Origin: Elusimicrobiota bacterium | GTDB lineage: Bacteria > Elusimicrobiota > Elusimicrobia > F11 | Length of the DNA stretch: 51,395 nt | Direction: 5' to 3' | Assembly: GCA_046153645.1 (NCBI GenBank) | Contig: JBJXGI010000104.1 | Location: 1-51,395 of the forward strand | In this document: one piece after another, positions 49,283 to 51,395 of the stretch | Layout of the letters: each line of letters starts with the position of its first letter | Numbering within the stretch: position 1 is the first letter of the stretch | Position numbers and translations under genes: made by a program | Notes under the pieces: generated by a model | Databases searched by the model: none | Told to the model about the DNA's origin: nothing | The model's input: the letters and a program-made list of their open reading frames with translations, nothing else

Positions 49283-49311
49283 TTAAAACACATGATTATC
49301 AATAATTTATA

Positions 49312-49704
49312 CTAATTTTTAATGAGTTTATTAACCTTCATCATAAGGCGTTCATTTGTATAGGGTTTATTTAGAAAATCATTTGCGCCGACTTCGAAAG
49401 CTTTTTCGACATCATTTACATAGGGGAGCGCTGTTAGAATAAGAATCGGAATTGATTTTGTTTCTTCGTCTCTTTTTAAAATTTTACAGGCTTCATATCC
49501 ATCAATGATCGGCATCATCACATCCAGAATAACCAGGGACGGTTTTTCTTTTCGAATAAGGTCCACACCGTCTTTTCCATTTCCAGCCAATAAAACGATA
49601 TAACCATCAAGCTCTAGTCGAGCTTTAATATTGTCGGCAATATCTTGTTCATCTTCTACAACGATTATTTTTTTCTTTTTTTTAAACCAATCCATCAGCT
49701 TCAA
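49312..49704 (-). CDS. Single-domain response regulator
   Basis: VVEDE, ILDVMMP, LTA, FLNKPY. Confidence 0.9.
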   Translation of the reverse strand: MKLMDWFKKKKKIIVVEDEQDIADNIKARLELDGYIVLLAGNGKDGVDLIRKEKPSLVILDVMMPIIDGYEACKILKRDEETKSIPILILTALPYVNDVEKAFEVGANDFLNKPYTNERLMMKVNKLIKN

Positions 49705-50417
49705 GCCGCCTTTGTTTTTTGCTTTAACATTTCTACTTCATCACTCAGTTTTTTAAGTTTAAGCATGGAATGCACTCGAGCGAAGAGCTCTACCATTTGA
49801 AAAGGTTTGGTTAATAAATCATCAGCATCGTATTGTGATTGAGACATTTTACTTCTTAAATCATCTTGACCTGTTACCATAATAATAGGAATGAAAGTTT
49901 GAGTCCTTGCTTTTATTTCTCTGGCCACTTCTAAACCATTTTGATCTTTCAATAAAACATCCATGATAATAAGATCCGGTTTTTCTTCTAGCGCTTTTTT
50001 GATTCCTTCTTGGGCAGACGTACAAGCGATGGTTTCAAACCCTTGCATGCTTAAACCCTCTTGAACAACATCTAAAATATCATTTTCGTCATCAACCACA
50101 AGAACCATGGGTTTTTTTGATTCTAATGTGGGGGTGGAAGATATTGTTTTCAATGGAGTTGGTTCTAACACAATAGGAGATTTCTTTTGATGGTTATCTG
50201 GGATCATGGTTTCTTTTGATTGTTTTAATTGATCGATGAGGTCATTTAATAGTTTTTCTAAGGTTAAAGTTTGTGAATTGAGTTTTTCAACCCAGGTTTT
50301 TTGAAGTGGGGAAATTCTTCCATAGGCCCCATCAAGAAAATTATTTACTGTAGAAAGTATAACTGTCATCGGAGTGCGAATTTGATGCGCAATTTGAGAG
50401 AGTATTTTGGGGTCCAT
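49701..50417 (-). CDS. HisKA-REC protein lacking an HATPase domain
   Basis: H-box IAHQIRTPM, linker, REC (VVDDE, DLIIMDVLL, LTKPF). Confidence 0.8.
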   Translation of the reverse strand: MDPKILSQIAHQIRTPMTVILSTVNNFLDGAYGRISPLQKTWVEKLNSQTLTLEKLLNDLIDQLKQSKETMIPDNHQKKSPIVLEPTPLKTISSTPTLESKKPMVLVVDDENDILDVVQEGLSMQGFETIACTSAQEGIKKALEEKPDLIIMDVLLKDQNGLEVAREIKARTQTFIPIIMVTGQDDLRSKMSQSQYDADDLLTKPFQMVELFARVHSMLKLKKLSDEVEMLKQKTKAA

Positions 50418-50464
50418 TTCTTAAAAACTTACCATGAAAACCCTTTTCAGTCGATAAGAAATGT

Positions 50465-51268
50465 AGGGACTGTTGCGAAAGCAAGGCAATAAGCTGTCAT
50501 CCCGGCCCTTTTGTTGAGGGATGAGAATGCTGAGAAAGCAGTAAGCCGGGATCTATTCGTTCCGGTGATTGGTGTGAGGACCCACCTCTTTTTTCCGTCG
50601 ATACTGAATTTGTTTTCTGATAATAAAACAATTAATTTATGTGTATGCGACTCAGCGGAAAACTCATTCACGCAGGAATCAAACGGCGTCAACTCAGGAG
50701 GGCTCACATGTCTTTCTTCCATTACGATTTAGAAACAATGGTTCCACCCGATCACGTTTTGCGAAAACACAAAGAGCGTTTGCTGGTCAAGGAAGCGGCC
50801 GAGGAACGAGAACGCTGGAAAAAGAGTTTGGGTCGTGAAGGGTACGGATCGGAAACGGCTTTGCGGGCGTTGTTCCTGCAATTCTGGGGCAATCATTCAG
50901 ACCGAGAAATGGAAGAACAACTACGCTACAACTTTGCTTACCGATGGTTCTGCGATTTCACGATGGAATCACAAACACCGGACCACACGTTTTTCTGTCG
51001 GACCAGGAAGAATATGGGGGACGAGAATATTCTCGTGATGTTCACGAAGCTCGTGGATGACGCAAAACTGCGTAAGATCATCAAGCCCTTTGAGGCCTTT
51101 GTAGACGCAAGCGCTATAAGGCGAAAAGAAGCGGAGTGGGCCAAACGCGACCGAGAAAAAGAAGAGGAAGAACATCAACACAAAGTAGAATCAGAACAAT
51201 TTCGAAACGAGCAAACCCAAGAGAAAACAGAAACGGAAGCTCCCACTCATCATGCCAATAGTGCTGAC
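50465..51268 (+). mobile_element. IS5/IS1182-like insertion sequence, truncated
   Basis: Begins AGGGACTGTTGCGAAA, has a structured leader and a transposase ORF. More G+C-rich than the flank. Confidence 0.7.
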
Positions 51269-51337
51269 AGGGCCTGTTGCGAAATGAAGTGCCGAATCTG
51301 TCATCCCGGCCCTTTTTCTAAGGGGTGTGATTGCTGA
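50708..51337 (+). pseudogene. IS5-family transposase, N-terminal fragment
   Basis: AGGAG RBS. VPPDHVLR, SDREMEEQL, YRWFC, PDHTFFCRTR, FVDASAI (first catalytic D). Remaining DDE residues absent; the ORF runs into the second repeat. Confidence 0.8.
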
Positions 51338-51395
51338 GGAGAGAATAAGCCGGGATCCATTTGTTCCGGCGAATGTCGTGACGACCCACCTTTTT
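51269..51395 (+). repeat. Second, diverged copy of the IS left end (continues past the window edge)
   Basis: Ungapped match to 50465-50591, 99/127 identical by manual count. Confidence 0.85.

Noticed and set aside
50447..50732. Short ORFs across the IS left end
   Set aside because: They overlap a non-coding repeat, lack family motifs and are probably spurious.
50465..51395. CRISPR array
   Set aside because: Only two long, diverged copies separated by a transposase fragment; no spacer periodicity and no cas genes.

Overview
Low-GC bacterial chromosomal window, almost all on the + strand up to ~38.8 kb. The diderm envelope genes and the giant N-terminal-module protein suggest Elusimicrobiota or a related lineage; this is inference only. 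Bases 1-21.7 kb form an extended phosphate-starvation island. It contains a 1444-aa membrane protein with an embedded VTC/polyphosphate-polymerase-like domain and three secreted YjiK/SdiA-regulated beta-propeller/PKD paralogues followed by a PorV-like barrel-LysM gene. Next come an OprO/P porin, a secreted ParB/Srx-fold protein, pstS, two tiny paralogous helical proteins, phoB, a TM-less phoR, a second porin and pstSCAB-phoU. Four of these units are headed by 11-bp-period Pho-box-like repeats. The most striking signal is in the propeller proteins: two of them end in an orphan PKD first strand and two begin with a PKD domain lacking that strand, suggesting a head-to-tail, donor-strand-assembled surface filament. 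The rest is housekeeping: radical SAM, archaeal-type ppcA, tatA, gnd-zwf, TauE, gltB (frameshifted)-gltD, split ispG, csp, a pilin-like gene, HARP protein-only RNase P, nadE, GAF-ANTAR, HD-GYP, ccsA-hemA-hemC-cobA/hemD, suhB, AAA-DUF4143 and response regulators. The window ends in an IS5-like transposase interrupted by a second, related IS end. No rRNA, tRNA or CRISPR array was recognised. All family calls come from motif recognition by eye, with no database search.
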